64,000 bases of DNA from Azolla caroliniana (taxonomy: Eukaryota; Plantae; Polypodiophyta): the NCBI GenBank assembly GCA_043228905.1, contig JBHGNT010000018.1:5146001-5210000 (forward strand), in the 5' to 3' direction. Of this stretch, positions 25,211 through 43,032 are shown piece after piece; the stretch's first letter is position 1; each line of letters begins with the position of its first letter. Below the pieces are notes generated by a model that did no database searches, was not told where the DNA came from, and saw only the letters and a program-made list of their open reading frames with translations. Both the position numbers and the translations under genes were made by a program.

Positions 25211-26307
25211 ATCTTATCTCTAGTAGTACACTCTATATACATAACATGTATCCGATAAATGTGGCCGAGACAAACAATTGAAATGCTTACTTGTGGCCCT
25301 TAGAAAACTGTCGAGTGCCAAGAGGACACATTTCTGAGGGGCAATTCTTATTATCGCAACACGTAGCTAATAATAATTAGGTTGCTAGGTTCAACAATCG
25401 TAAAGAAAAAGTGTTTACAAATTGCATTCCAAGAGATGGTTGGCTATGACAAATGGACCCGAACACCTTCTGGTTGTTGGAACTAACTAAATGCCGCAAT
25501 CATCTGAACTAACGATGATTGAGATTCAAAACCTTGGGTTGCAACCAATGAAGAACCTCGAGAATAATAAATGTTGCATCACATAGTGTTACTATAGTTA
25601 TTAGTGAGTGTCCAAAAATGATTTGTAAAGATGATCGATTCGGGTAAATTTCTCAATCTAAAAAACTTGAAAGTTCTAGCATTTGCATGACCTTGTTTGG
25701 AAATGCCTAAAAAGGAATGGGGTTTTGGCCACCTATTGCAATTATGCCAAGTGCAAGGCACAATGAAATGGGGGAATGTATGTTGGTTATCATGGCAACG
25801 CGCAGTTGATAAGTACAAACATCAGGAGGAGGGGATGATGTTGGTGATAAAGGCACAAGAAATCTTGTTTTCCACCGCTGACAATATCCACTCAACTCCT
25901 ATTAATGCCGAAGCTCGAGTTGTGTTGGAATTGGTCAGTCCAATAGTCTTTGGATTCTCTAGCCATTGTTTGAGAATTGAGAATCACAATGTGAGATGCC
26001 AAGATCGAGATAACGGGCCACCACAAGGGTTTTACTGTCAAGCCATGGTCGTTGATCAGTCACACCTGTTATGATATATGCAAACAAAGGTAGTAAGAAA
26101 AAGACTCGTGTGGAAGAGGTAAAAGAGTGTCAATTATGGTGTGGCGACAAAAGCACACCGATAATGGTTGTTGGTACAGAAGATGTGTTGTTATAGTATT
26201 CGAGTGAGGGGAATAGAAGCTCTACGAACTGGAAGCAATTAGAACAGGTCAAGTCGAGTCCAAAGAGTTCTCATATGTACATATATGGAACTCCTCATGG
26301 AGGAGCC

Positions 26308-26607
26308 TAGGAATTGACAACAGTTCGGTTTTGGCTTAACCGTTTTGGCCTTGTCCAAACTAAACTGATTAAGCCTAAAACCAGTTTGGGAGTTTCCAAA
26401 CCTGAACCGAAACAGTTCCCAAACTGGTTTAGCCAAGCCGATTAAGCCTTAACCGGCTTTGGCCCAAATCGGTTTGGTTCAGCTTGAGCCATCCCAAACC
26501 GAGCTTAAACCGGTTAAGGAAGCTCAAGCCTAAAACAAACCGCCAAACCGGTCTAAAACAGTTTAACGGTTCGGATTAGGCTTGAACCAAGCCGTTGCCG
26601 ATTCCTA
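26308..26607. mobile_element. hAT-type MITE upstream of tilS
   Basis: TIR TAGGAAT(T/C)G(A/G)CAAC. Many AAACC/GGTTT subterminal motifs. 8-bp TSD GAGGAGCC/GAGGACAC (6/8). Confidence 0.8.
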
Positions 26608-27036
26608 GAGGACACACGGAGGGCATAGTGTTGGATGGATGGGCGAGGGTAGACCATGGAATATTATAAACGTAGACCTTGAGGTCAATTATGTAATATG
26701 TTTCCAGATATATGTATAGATATACTCTGTTCCTCATCTGCTCTGTTCTTGATAAGGAGAAAGAGAAGAAGAAGAAGAAGAAGAACCATGACCCAAATCC
26801 CTGCTTTGTATCAAGAGCTGTCTAACTGGGTCTTTGCACCTGGTTCTTGAAGCCTTAAAAAAAAAACCCCTCAAAAAGAAAAAGAAAGAAAACCAATTTG
26901 CGTTAATCCCTTCAGTGGTTGATTCCTCACAGGACTTACAGAAAAAAAACCTGAGAATGACTTATGACATACAGAGATGGAACTAATTAGAAATCCTCGC
27001 AGGGTTTGACGCTTTGGAAGCCTTTCATCAACCAAT

Positions 27037-28386
27037 ATGCATTCTCTGCACGCTGCCAATATGTTCATCCCTCAAACATCAAAGAAGTCACCATTTCTCC
27101 TCAAAAGCCTTAACAAAAGATATATAAACCCCAATAGAAGTTTTAGATGCTCTAACAATAGACAGATATGGATTAACTCCATGGGATCATCACCACCATC
27201 GGGCCGAGGAAGTGAAGAAGAGATTCGCCTTCTCTCGAAGCTCAACAAGTCCATACAAACCAGAGACCTTCTCCAACAACATCAAAAGGTTCTTGTGGCC
27301 ACCTCGGGAGGTCAGGATTCCGTCTCTCTACTCTTTCTTTTAAACAAGCTTCAACACAAATGGTTTTGGAAGATCGGGGTTGTCCATTGTGATCATCAAT
27401 GGTCAGGATCATCCCGGTTACAAGCTGCCCATGTGGCTCAAATAGCTTCTTATCTCGGGTTCGATTACTATCAAGCTGTGGCTACACGGGATGTGTCCGG
27501 AGAAACATCCGCCCGGGCATGGCGCTACCAAGCTTTGCATAGAATTGCAAGATCTCATGGGTACTCAGCCATAGTGACTGCCCATACAAGTAGTGATCGG
27601 ATTGAAACATTACTTCTTAATCTTTTCCGAGGAACAGGGCTCCATGGATTGCTCTCTCTCACTTGGAAAAGACCCATATTTAATGAGAGGGAGCTAGGGT
27701 TTGATCCTTTTGTTCCAACGCATATGAAGTCATCAAGGGACATCTCCAACAAGGAAATGGTAAGGTTTGAACGTCCTTTTGAAGAGCATATGAGAGACTC
27801 AAGACCCATTGTCAATGAGGAAGAGATAGGGTCTAAATCTTTGATTCAAGAGTGTAACATAGTCACCTTGATCAGGCCTCTTTTGGAGTTTAGTAGAATG
27901 GAGTTGAGAGAGTATTGTGATCTTGAGAAGCTACCTATTTGGCCAGACCCTAGTAACTTCTCTTTGGATATTAAAAGGAATAAGGTAAGGCATCAACTCC
28001 TCCCTTTCTTGAGGAAAAGTTTTCAACCTGGAATTGATCGTTCATTGGCTCGATGGGCAGAGATTCTTCAAGGAGAAGATGCATTTCTAGAGGATCTTTG
28101 TGAAAGCATAAGAAAGCAATCAGAATACTCTGGAAACAGTGGAGTTATAAAGACACGAAAGCTTGATATTTCTTCTATTCGGGGTTTGCACATTGCTATC
28201 CAGCGTAGAGTCATCAAGCAGTTTGTAGAATCCTTCTCTAACAAGAGCCTAGGGTTTGATCACGTGGAGCATCTTCGAGTTACATGTATTGCACAGCCTT
28301 GTAGGAATGGATTGCATTTCTCACTACCTGGGAATGTTGATTTGGAGTATGTGGATAATAGCTTCCTCTTATGCATGAAACAGTAA
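27037..28386 (+). CDS. tilS: tRNA(Ile)-lysidine synthase, cyanobacterial/plastid (ycf62) type, with N-terminal plastid transit peptide; intronless
   Basis: PP-loop VLVATSGGQDS, HCDHQW, ETSARAWRY, TAHTSSDRIETLLLNLFRGTG, IRPLL, WPDPSN, RNKVRH. C-terminal IAIQRRVIKQF..FDHVE. The first ~58 aa are S/K/R/N-rich with no acidic residues. Confidence 0.93.
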   Translation: MHSLHAANMFIPQTSKKSPFLLKSLNKRYINPNRSFRCSNNRQIWINSMGSSPPSGRGSEEEIRLLSKLNKSIQTRDLLQQHQKVLVATSGGQDSVSLLFLLNKLQHKWFWKIGVVHCDHQWSGSSRLQAAHVAQIASYLGFDYYQAVATRDVSGETSARAWRYQALHRIARSHGYSAIVTAHTSSDRIETLLLNLFRGTGLHGLLSLTWKRPIFNERELGFDPFVPTHMKSSRDISNKEMVRFERPFEEHMRDSRPIVNEEEIGSKSLIQECNIVTLIRPLLEFSRMELREYCDLEKLPIWPDPSNFSLDIKRNKVRHQLLPFLRKSFQPGIDRSLARWAEILQGEDAFLEDLCESIRKQSEYSGNSGVIKTRKLDISSIRGLHIAIQRRVIKQFVESFSNKSLGFDHVEHLRVTCIAQPCRNGLHFSLPGNVDLEYVDNSFLLCMKQ

Positions 28387-28586
28387 AGATGATTCTTTTG
28401 TTTGATCTCTATCTAACAAGAGCTTAGGGTTTGATCACGTGGACCATCCTTGAGTTACATCTATTGCACAGCCTTGTAGGAATGGATTGCATTTCTCACT
28501 ACCTGAGAATGTTGATTTGGAGTATGTGGATAATAGCTTCCTCTTATGCATGAAACAGTAAAGATGATTCTTTTGTTTGATCTCTA
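28237..28586. repeat. 175-bp tandem duplication of the tilS 3' end including its stop codon
   Basis: TCTAACAAGAGC.TAGGGTTTGATCACGTGG... at 28237 and 28412. The second copy has a few substitutions. Confidence 0.92.
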
Positions 28587-30552
28587 GTATTGATCTGTAT
28601 GGCTTCCACGTATTCATATGAGTATTGACTGTGGAACTGGTATATGTTCTTAAAATGCAAAGTCTATTTTGGATATTGGACTATGTCAACAATGCAAAGT
28701 GTTTTCTTTCAAGGGAGCTGACCTATGATAGTCAAAAGGTAACTACATTTCCCATTTTTATATTGCTCTTGACTTCTCGTATAAAATGACTGTCTAGTCA
28801 CAATACACATGCATTAAGACGCTTGTAACATGTTTTACAAGTTGTGCATGTGAGTCTTTGAAGTCTTTGTCATTTGAATCGTGTTTCTGTAACTTCGTTT
28901 TGACCAAGTTTGCATTTAGATTATGCTTTTTTCTTACTTATTGTTACTTTCTCAAAACTAGATTTTACTTACAATGTGATTACTACATTTTATTCTTTCT
29001 GAACAGACAAATTTTGTTAGAAATGTGAATTAGCATGGCACACTTGTAATTGTGGAAATGCAGCCATTTGTAGGTATATTTGTTGAAATATCTATTGCTT
29101 TGTGTGCCACCGACTTATCATTTTGAGTATATGCATCAATGGAAAGCCCAGTGCTAATTTTTATTTGTTTATTTTCTCCAGATGCATTGCTTTCATCCAC
29201 ATCATACTATCAAGTATTTGATGAGTTCAAAATTGTGTATCTGGGCATAACACATCGTCATCAGAGCCTATGAGTGACTATGTCAAGATGTGAGTTTCTC
29301 GTCATATGGAAATACTGTCAAACTAAGTACTTCAAAACCAAAGTTCCTTGGAATCAGAAAAACGAAGGTCTCATAGTGTTTTGGAAGATAATATTGTATC
29401 TAGCATGCAAATGGCAACCATATGAATGTTGGATGAAGCACAAGCATCTGAAATATTTCCCACAAAATGCTTTATATTTCTGGGCGCGGAAACATCATTT
29501 GGAGTTTCAAATTTTGCATGCCTATTCTATAAAGAGTAACAAATCGTTGCCAATATGATATAGTACATCATAATGTTAATAAATTAATTGCTACACTTGC
29601 ATGATAAACTGTTTATGTTTTTAGGGGCATGGCCTAATAACTGTTCAAATTTGAACTTAAAGCTCTTGGTTGTGATGCTCTTTGGATTTTTGGAAAGACT
29701 TAAAAGAATATGGATGGAATGTTGACTTGCAAGTCTAAAGAGATTTAAGAGTGGCCATCATGAACCCAATGTCATAAATGTGTCATTCGATAACTGTAGG
29801 AACCAATTTCAAACTCATAACTTTGGAATCTATCAACTGTTTGTGATGACATACACAAAAAATGGCTTTGAAGTAATGCTGAACAAACTCCATAAAAAAA
29901 GTGCTATGGAATGTTTTTGTTATCTGATATAATTAAGGTTGATAAAGATATAAACAGTTCTGCAAACAACAAAAAGCAATGAGAAGTCTTGAGGGTGCAT
30001 ATATGACCTTAAGTTGAAATTACTATCTCATGCCAAAAAAGCAAGGCCCTTCCATAATTGAAGACATTGTGGAGAGAGTTTGCTAACGTTTCTTCATTTT
30101 TTTTAACCTCCTTGTTCATTTTCAGTTTTTATTAACAATACCATTGTCAAGGTCCATTAGCAATACTATTCAAGTTCCTATAGTATTTCTTGTATGCAAG
30201 TCTGCTTCATGATATATTTCTTTAAGGTAAATCAGTTTTCAAGCCAAATTTGCTCATTTTCATCCTGTCTGTATTATGCAGGAACGCCCAAATATCAATT
30301 TCAAACTTACATTGCCATTCAAATATCTAAGCAGTACGTGAACCACCATCAATCACCACATTCTTCTTTGTGATATCTTGGTTGATGTATTACTATCCCA
30401 AATGGGTGCTACTCTGGTATGCTTGGTGGCCATTTAAGTTAGAATGTGGATTTGCATGTCTTGTCACTAATAATGTTCCAATATAAATATATATAGCTCC
30501 TTTACATGGTATAGGTTTTTTTTACTGATTTTGTTACAAGTAGTATCTAACA

Positions 30553-30811
30553 GCATTCCAAAATTCGGGTCATTGAAACTTCAGTTAAGTGTTTCTCTTT
30601 TAAAGAGTGATCAGTAATGTCGGTTTTTAATTTGCCACCAGAATCTTGAGCAATATGGACCATTGACCCCCATGCATTCTTGGCATTCCAAAAATTCGGA
30701 TCATTGAAACTTCAGTTAAATGTTTCTCTTTTAAAGAGCGGTCAGTAACTTCAGTTTTTAATTTGCCACAAGAATCTTGAGCCATATGGACCATTGCCCC
30801 CCCTGCATTCT
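30553..30811. repeat. 2 x ~130-bp tandem duplication
   Basis: GCATTCCAAAA(A)TTCGG.TCATTGAAACTTCAG at 30553 and 30683. Confidence 0.88.
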
Positions 30812-31014
30812 TCGTAATATACTGCTGTATCCTAGTTAGAGTTTATTTAGACTGAAATTGGATGCTTGTTTTTTTTAACCACAGATATTGCTGTCCGTAA
30901 AATGGGAATTCATATAAAATAAACTCCACTTCTGTGTTTACTAATTGGCATGCATTGACAAAGACACAAGCCATAGTAATATACTTCTCCTTTGATGTTT
31001 TAATGGTTTTTGTA

Positions 31015-31432
31015 GTGTATATCGTTTGCTTTGACAATTTCTTTCATTACAATGAACGAAAATTTCAACTTGCATTATGAAGCCACATGCTCACTCCATG
31101 ATTACTTGGTGTGGTGGTGTTCATTCTCATCGCTTCAACCTTTTCATTATCCTCTAGCATGACCGCAGCTGCATAAATATTAGCCATGATTGTATAAGCC
31201 AGTGCAAGGTTATTATCCAGTTGTATATCGTTCCCTTTGACAATTTCTTTTATTGCAATGAACGAAAATTTCAACTTGCATTATGAAGCCACATGCACAC
31301 TCCATGATTACTTGGTGTGGTGGTGTTCATTCTCATTGCTTCAACCTTTTCAGCATCCTCTAGCATGCCCGCAGCTGCATAAATATCAGCCATGATTGTA
31401 TAAGCCGGTGCAAGGTTATTATCCAGTTGTAT
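31015..31432. repeat. 207-bp tandem duplication of the PPR 3' end
   Basis: The 31065-31274 ORF repeats IQLDNNLA.AYTIMA.IYAAA...NHGV.MWLHNAS from the upstream PPR. Junction microhomology TGTAT. Confidence 0.92.
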
Positions 31433-33934
31433 CACCTTCTCAAAAGCCAACCTCCCAAGCTTCGTGTTTCCCCACTTTTTACAAGCACATAATAGTGTAA
31501 GCCAAACTGAAGGTTTTTCTGAAGATGGTATTGTCTTAATGATCGACATTGCCTTGTCAAAGCATCCAGCATGTCCAAACATAACCACCATACAACTATG
31601 ATGCTCTACTTGTGGTGTGATTCCATATTTTTGGCTCATCTTCTCGTAATATACTTGGGCCTCAACCAATTTACCTGTCTGGCTACAAGCATTCAATACA
31701 CAAAGGAACGTTACCTCATTTGGAGACAGACCCTCTCTTTGCATCTGTTCAAAACAGTTGAGTGCTTCATCAAATTTACCCTTTTGAGAATACCCAGCAA
31801 TGAGTGCTGACCAAGAGATTGTATCTCGGATGGAAAGATCTTCGAGCACTTGTTGTGCCTTTGCAAGCATACCACATTTTGCATACATGTCCACTAAACC
31901 ACACCCAAGCACTATGCTTTTCTTCAGAAAGCCTCTATTCACAATCTCATGATGAATTTGCTTGCCCATGTCAATGGCACCTATACTGGCACATGCCTTC
32001 AAAATGCAAGTGAAGGTGATCTCATTTGGGTAGAGACCCTCTCTTTGCATCCGTGGAAAGCAATCCAGTGCTTCACGACCATGTCCCCCTTGGACATAAC
32101 CAGTAATCAATACATTCCACGAGATTATGTCTCGATTTGGAAGGTCATCAAGTACTTGTTGTGCTTTGGAAATCATATCACATTTGGCATACATATCCAC
32201 CAAAGCATTACCAAGCACAATGTTTTTCTCAAGAAGGCCCCTGTCAACAATCTCATTATGTATTTCTTTGCCCTTATCAAGGTCTCCTATGCTCCCACAT
32301 GCCTTCAACATGCAAGAAAAGGTTATCTCATCCGGAGATATGCCCTCCCTTTGCATTTGTGAAAAACAATCAAGTGCTTCATAGCCTTTATCGAGTTGAG
32401 CATACCCTGAAATTAGTACATTCCAAGTGGCTACATTTCGGGCTGAAAGTTTTTCAAGCACTTCTCTTGCTTTCATAAGCATGACACATTTCACATACAT
32501 ATCCACTAAAGCATTCCCCAAGACAATATTTTTCTCCAACAAACCGTGATCAATAATCTCATTGTGGATCTGTTTACCCTTTTCAATGGCTCTTATGTTT
32601 CCGCAAGCCTTCAGGGCACACACAAAGGTGATCTCATTTGGAGTTAAGCCCTCTCGTTGCATCCTCTCAAAGCACTTAAGTGCTTCATGACCTTTCCCTT
32701 GTTGGGCATACCTTGCAATAAGTGCAGACCAACAAACAATATTTTGAATGGGAAGCTCATCAAGCACCTGTTCTGCTCTTGCCAGGGCACCACATTGGGC
32801 GTACATATCCACCAATGCAGTTCCTAGCACAACGCTTTTCTTCAGCAAGCTTCTAATAAGGATCTCATCATGGATTTCCTTTCCTTTGTCAATGGCCCCT
32901 ATACTTCCACAACCCTTCAAAATGCAAACAAAAGTGACCTCATTCGGAGAGAATCCATCCCTTCGCATCTGTGAAAAACAATCAAGTGCTTCATGACCTA
33001 GTTCATGTTGCACGTACCCCGAAATAAGTGCATTCCACGTGACTACATTTCGCATTGGAAGCTCTCGGAGCAATTCTCGAGCCTTTGTAAGCCCACCACA
33101 TTTGGCATACATATCCACCAATGCATTACCAAGCACAATGCTTTTCTCCAGCAATCCTTCATGAATAATCTCATCATGAATCTGTTTGCCCTTGCTAATA
33201 TCTCTTATGCTTCCACAAGCTTTCAAGATACAAGCGAAAGTTACCTCATTGGGAGACAATTTCTCTCTTTGCATGTCTCCAAAACACTTGATTGCTTCAT
33301 GCCCTTTCCCTTCTTGGGCATACCCGGAAATCAGCGCATTCCAAGAAACTATATCCCGAACACAAAGACTTTCCATAACTTTCTGAGCTTCCACAATCAC
33401 ACCACATTTTGCATACATATTCACCAATGCATTACCAAGTGTGAGTTTCTTCTCAACCAATCCGTTACATACAATCTCATCATGAATTTCTCTACCCTTT
33501 TCAACAGCTCCTACACTTCCACAAGCCTTCAAGGTGCAAGTAAAAGTGACTGTATCAGGAGAGAGCCCTGCTCTTTGCATTCTTTCAAAACAAGACAAAG
33601 CTTCATGTCCTTGTCCATGTTGAGAATAACCTGAAATTAATGCATTCCAAGAGATAACATCCCATACAGGAAGCTCATCAAGCAGTTGTTGAGCTATGGT
33701 AAACATTCCACATTGTGTATACATTGTGATCAATGCACTTGCTATATAAGGGCTCTTCTCAAGTAGTCTCTTCTTCAAAATTTCAGTATGTAGGCTAGCA
33801 CCTTTCTTGAGATCCTTGGTCTTAGCAGAAACCTTGAGCAACTCCACAAACCTAAAGATCTGCTCCTGAATTTCTGAGCTATATTGATTACCATTCTTCA
33901 TCTTCTTCGCATCTCTGTAGAGAGGAATCCTCAT
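31271..33934 (-). CDS. PLS-class PPR protein with E domains (no DYW)
   Basis: Intronless 887-aa ORF with highly regular ~102-aa PLS triplets (LGNALVDMYAKCG, DIVSWNALISGY, PNEVTF.CILKAC). E region HHSCMVVMFGHAG...VWLTLLCAC. Confidence 0.95.
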   Translation of the reverse strand: MRIPLYRDAKKMKNGNQYSSEIQEQIFRFVELLKVSAKTKDLKKGASLHTEILKKRLLEKSPYIASALITMYTQCGMFTIAQQLLDELPVWDVISWNALISGYSQHGQGHEALSCFERMQRAGLSPDTVTFTCTLKACGSVGAVEKGREIHDEIVCNGLVEKKLTLGNALVNMYAKCGVIVEAQKVMESLCVRDIVSWNALISGYAQEGKGHEAIKCFGDMQREKLSPNEVTFACILKACGSIRDISKGKQIHDEIIHEGLLEKSIVLGNALVDMYAKCGGLTKARELLRELPMRNVVTWNALISGYVQHELGHEALDCFSQMRRDGFSPNEVTFVCILKGCGSIGAIDKGKEIHDEILIRSLLKKSVVLGTALVDMYAQCGALARAEQVLDELPIQNIVCWSALIARYAQQGKGHEALKCFERMQREGLTPNEITFVCALKACGNIRAIEKGKQIHNEIIDHGLLEKNIVLGNALVDMYVKCVMLMKAREVLEKLSARNVATWNVLISGYAQLDKGYEALDCFSQMQREGISPDEITFSCMLKACGSIGDLDKGKEIHNEIVDRGLLEKNIVLGNALVDMYAKCDMISKAQQVLDDLPNRDIISWNVLITGYVQGGHGREALDCFPRMQREGLYPNEITFTCILKACASIGAIDMGKQIHHEIVNRGFLKKSIVLGCGLVDMYAKCGMLAKAQQVLEDLSIRDTISWSALIAGYSQKGKFDEALNCFEQMQREGLSPNEVTFLCVLNACSQTGKLVEAQVYYEKMSQKYGITPQVEHHSCMVVMFGHAGCFDKAMSIIKTIPSSEKPSVWLTLLCACKKWGNTKLGRLAFEKVIQLDNNLAPAYTIMADIYAAAGMLEDAEKVEAMRMNTTTPSNHGVCMWLHNAS

Positions 33935-35328
33935 GTATTTGACAGGGTTTTAAACTTGAGTGTCGGGGTTGATGGTGTTAAGGTTTAGACTCGATTGTTG
34001 GGGTTGATGGTGTACCATTCCTGTGCTTCCCATGTGTATTTGTTGGATTCTGATCATAGTCGATCATTGCTGAATGGCTGTACTTTACATCAATTTTTCT
34101 TGATTGGTTGATGTCCAAGACAATCTCAAGTGAGAGCCTAGGACAGAGATACAGTTATATGTGCCTTGGTGCAATTGCGGACACTATCCAACTACGATTT
34201 ATGTCAATCAAGGACCTTAGGGCCAGCTATATCACAACAATCCAATCACCCATTTGCTTGGGAATTTATGATTTCACTGTAGATGGGCACATACATCTGG
34301 GAACAATGATCTGATTGTCTGCTGTCTTGGAAAGCCTAGGGCCAAAGGTCATGTTCTACGTCTATCTTGCACTTTCACTCTCATGCCAAATATAGTCGGA
34401 TCTTCCACTTGTTGCATTCTTTAATACCACTATGATTAAAATTACTATGCAATGCTAATTTCTTCACATCTCCTCTCTTCACAGAAACCCAAGTTCAAAA
34501 GCCTTGATGACTCGTATAAATTCTCATTATAAACATAGTTACTTGCTTCACTTGTTAAGCTAACATAGTTTGACAATTATTTTTAAATTGGATAAATGCA
34601 TTGATTAAGCACAAAATTAAAATTTTAGTAAAAGGATATATGAAAGGTCCCACCCGTGTATTTTGAGCCCAGAACATATTTTCACAACATAGTCTAGCTA
34701 AGAGTGAAAAAAGAAAAAATATATAATACTAAGAATTTCTGTAACCAAGCTATACAGTGATCCTTCCAGTACCTCTTATGTCAACCTTTTTATGTTTAAT
34801 TATTATCATTATTACTTTAGCAACTAGTAATATTATACTAATAAATACAAAAATGAAAAACAGGAGTCAAGACTTCATATAGATTTAAGAATCAAGGCAG
34901 ATTTTACCACAGAGGTCATCCTTGCCAACAGTTAAATCCTTTATATCATGTAAAAAAATTACAAGTTAGCTAGCTAGCTAAGTTATATCGGTAAGCAATT
35001 TAATCTTACGAGTTGTTGTCAGTTGAGACCATGTTAGTTCATTGTCTACTTTACAGCTATATTCAGCTCCTTTAATAATCTCTCAATAATACAATTCTTG
35101 TTGTATATGTACCCTTTGACAGGATAAGTTCCCACTATATGATTCTAAGCGAGTAATTATAAAAGAATTTGTGCAAATAGTTCTTGACACCTTGTCTTGC
35201 ACACCATCAGTTGCGAGTTCAAATCCCAACCGCCTTTGGTTGTCACAAATTGGTGAAAAGAAATTGTAGCACTATTTAGGTACCTCTACACACTCTTGAA
35301 GATTTGACGATCACAAACTCTCAACTTT

Positions 35329-42142
<6,814 letters not shown>

Positions 42143-42294
42143 TATTTCTTCCGATCGTGCCCTGCGCTCTTTCTCTCTTTCTCTCTTTCTCTGTCTCTGT
42201 CTCTGTCTGTCTGTCTTCACTCTGTTTTTGTGTGTGTCTGTGACCCTGCTTTCTCTCTGTTTTTTGTTGTTCCTTTTTTGGCTGAAAAAACACA

Positions 42295-43032
42295 CAATTA
42301 TATCAATTGTATATGCAAAATAATCCACTTAATTATATTAATTACAACACTCATTATATTAATTGTGTATGTAAAATAATCCACTTAATTATATTGACTG
42401 TAATTATATTAATTATAACACTAATTATATTGATTGTGTATGTAAAATAATCCACTTAATTATATTAACTATAGTTATATTAATTTAAACACTAATTATA
42501 TTAATTGTGTATGTAAAATAATCCACTTAATTATATTAACTATAGTTATATTAATTTAAACACTAATTATATTAATTGTGTATGTAAAATAATCCACTTA
42601 ATTATATTACTTGTATGTATGTAAAATCTACTTAATTATATTAATTGTGTGTGTAAAATAATCCACTTAATTATATTACTTGTATTTAGAATCTAATTAC
42701 ATATTGATATTAACTGTAATTATATTAATTACAACACTAATTATATTAATAATATATTAATTGTGTATTGTAAAATAATCCATTTAATTATGTTAATTGC
42801 GTATGTAAAATAATCCACTTAACTATATTAATTGTATGTAAAATCTAATTATTGATATTAATTGTAATTATATTAATTACAACACTAATTATATTAATAA
42901 TATATTAATTGTGTATTGTAAAATAATCCATTTAATTATGTTAATTGCGTATGTAAATCTGCTTAATTATATTAACTGTAATTATATTAAGTGTATGTAA
43001 AATCTACTTAATCATATTAACTGTAATTATAT
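42295..43032. repeat. AT-rich minisatellite array upstream of GCN5
   Basis: TGTAAAATAATCCACTTAATTATATT core repeated ~10 times in ~50-70-bp units. Confidence 0.9.

Noticed and set aside
27037-28386. tilS as bacterial contamination or a recent NUPT
   Set aside because: It has a transit-peptide-like extension, plant-type microsatellite leader and MITE upstream, and base composition like neighbouring exons, and it is embedded among spliced plant genes.
31571-33634. Antisense ORFs over PPR, PEX5, GCN5 and CRM coding regions
   Set aside because: Shadow ORFs of the real genes with no independent features.
42143-42328. N-terminal extension of GCN5 in the ORF track (MDYFAY...)
   Set aside because: Starts at a non-ATG codon in the minisatellite and runs through a GA/CT microsatellite; the ATG at 42142 is the plausible start.
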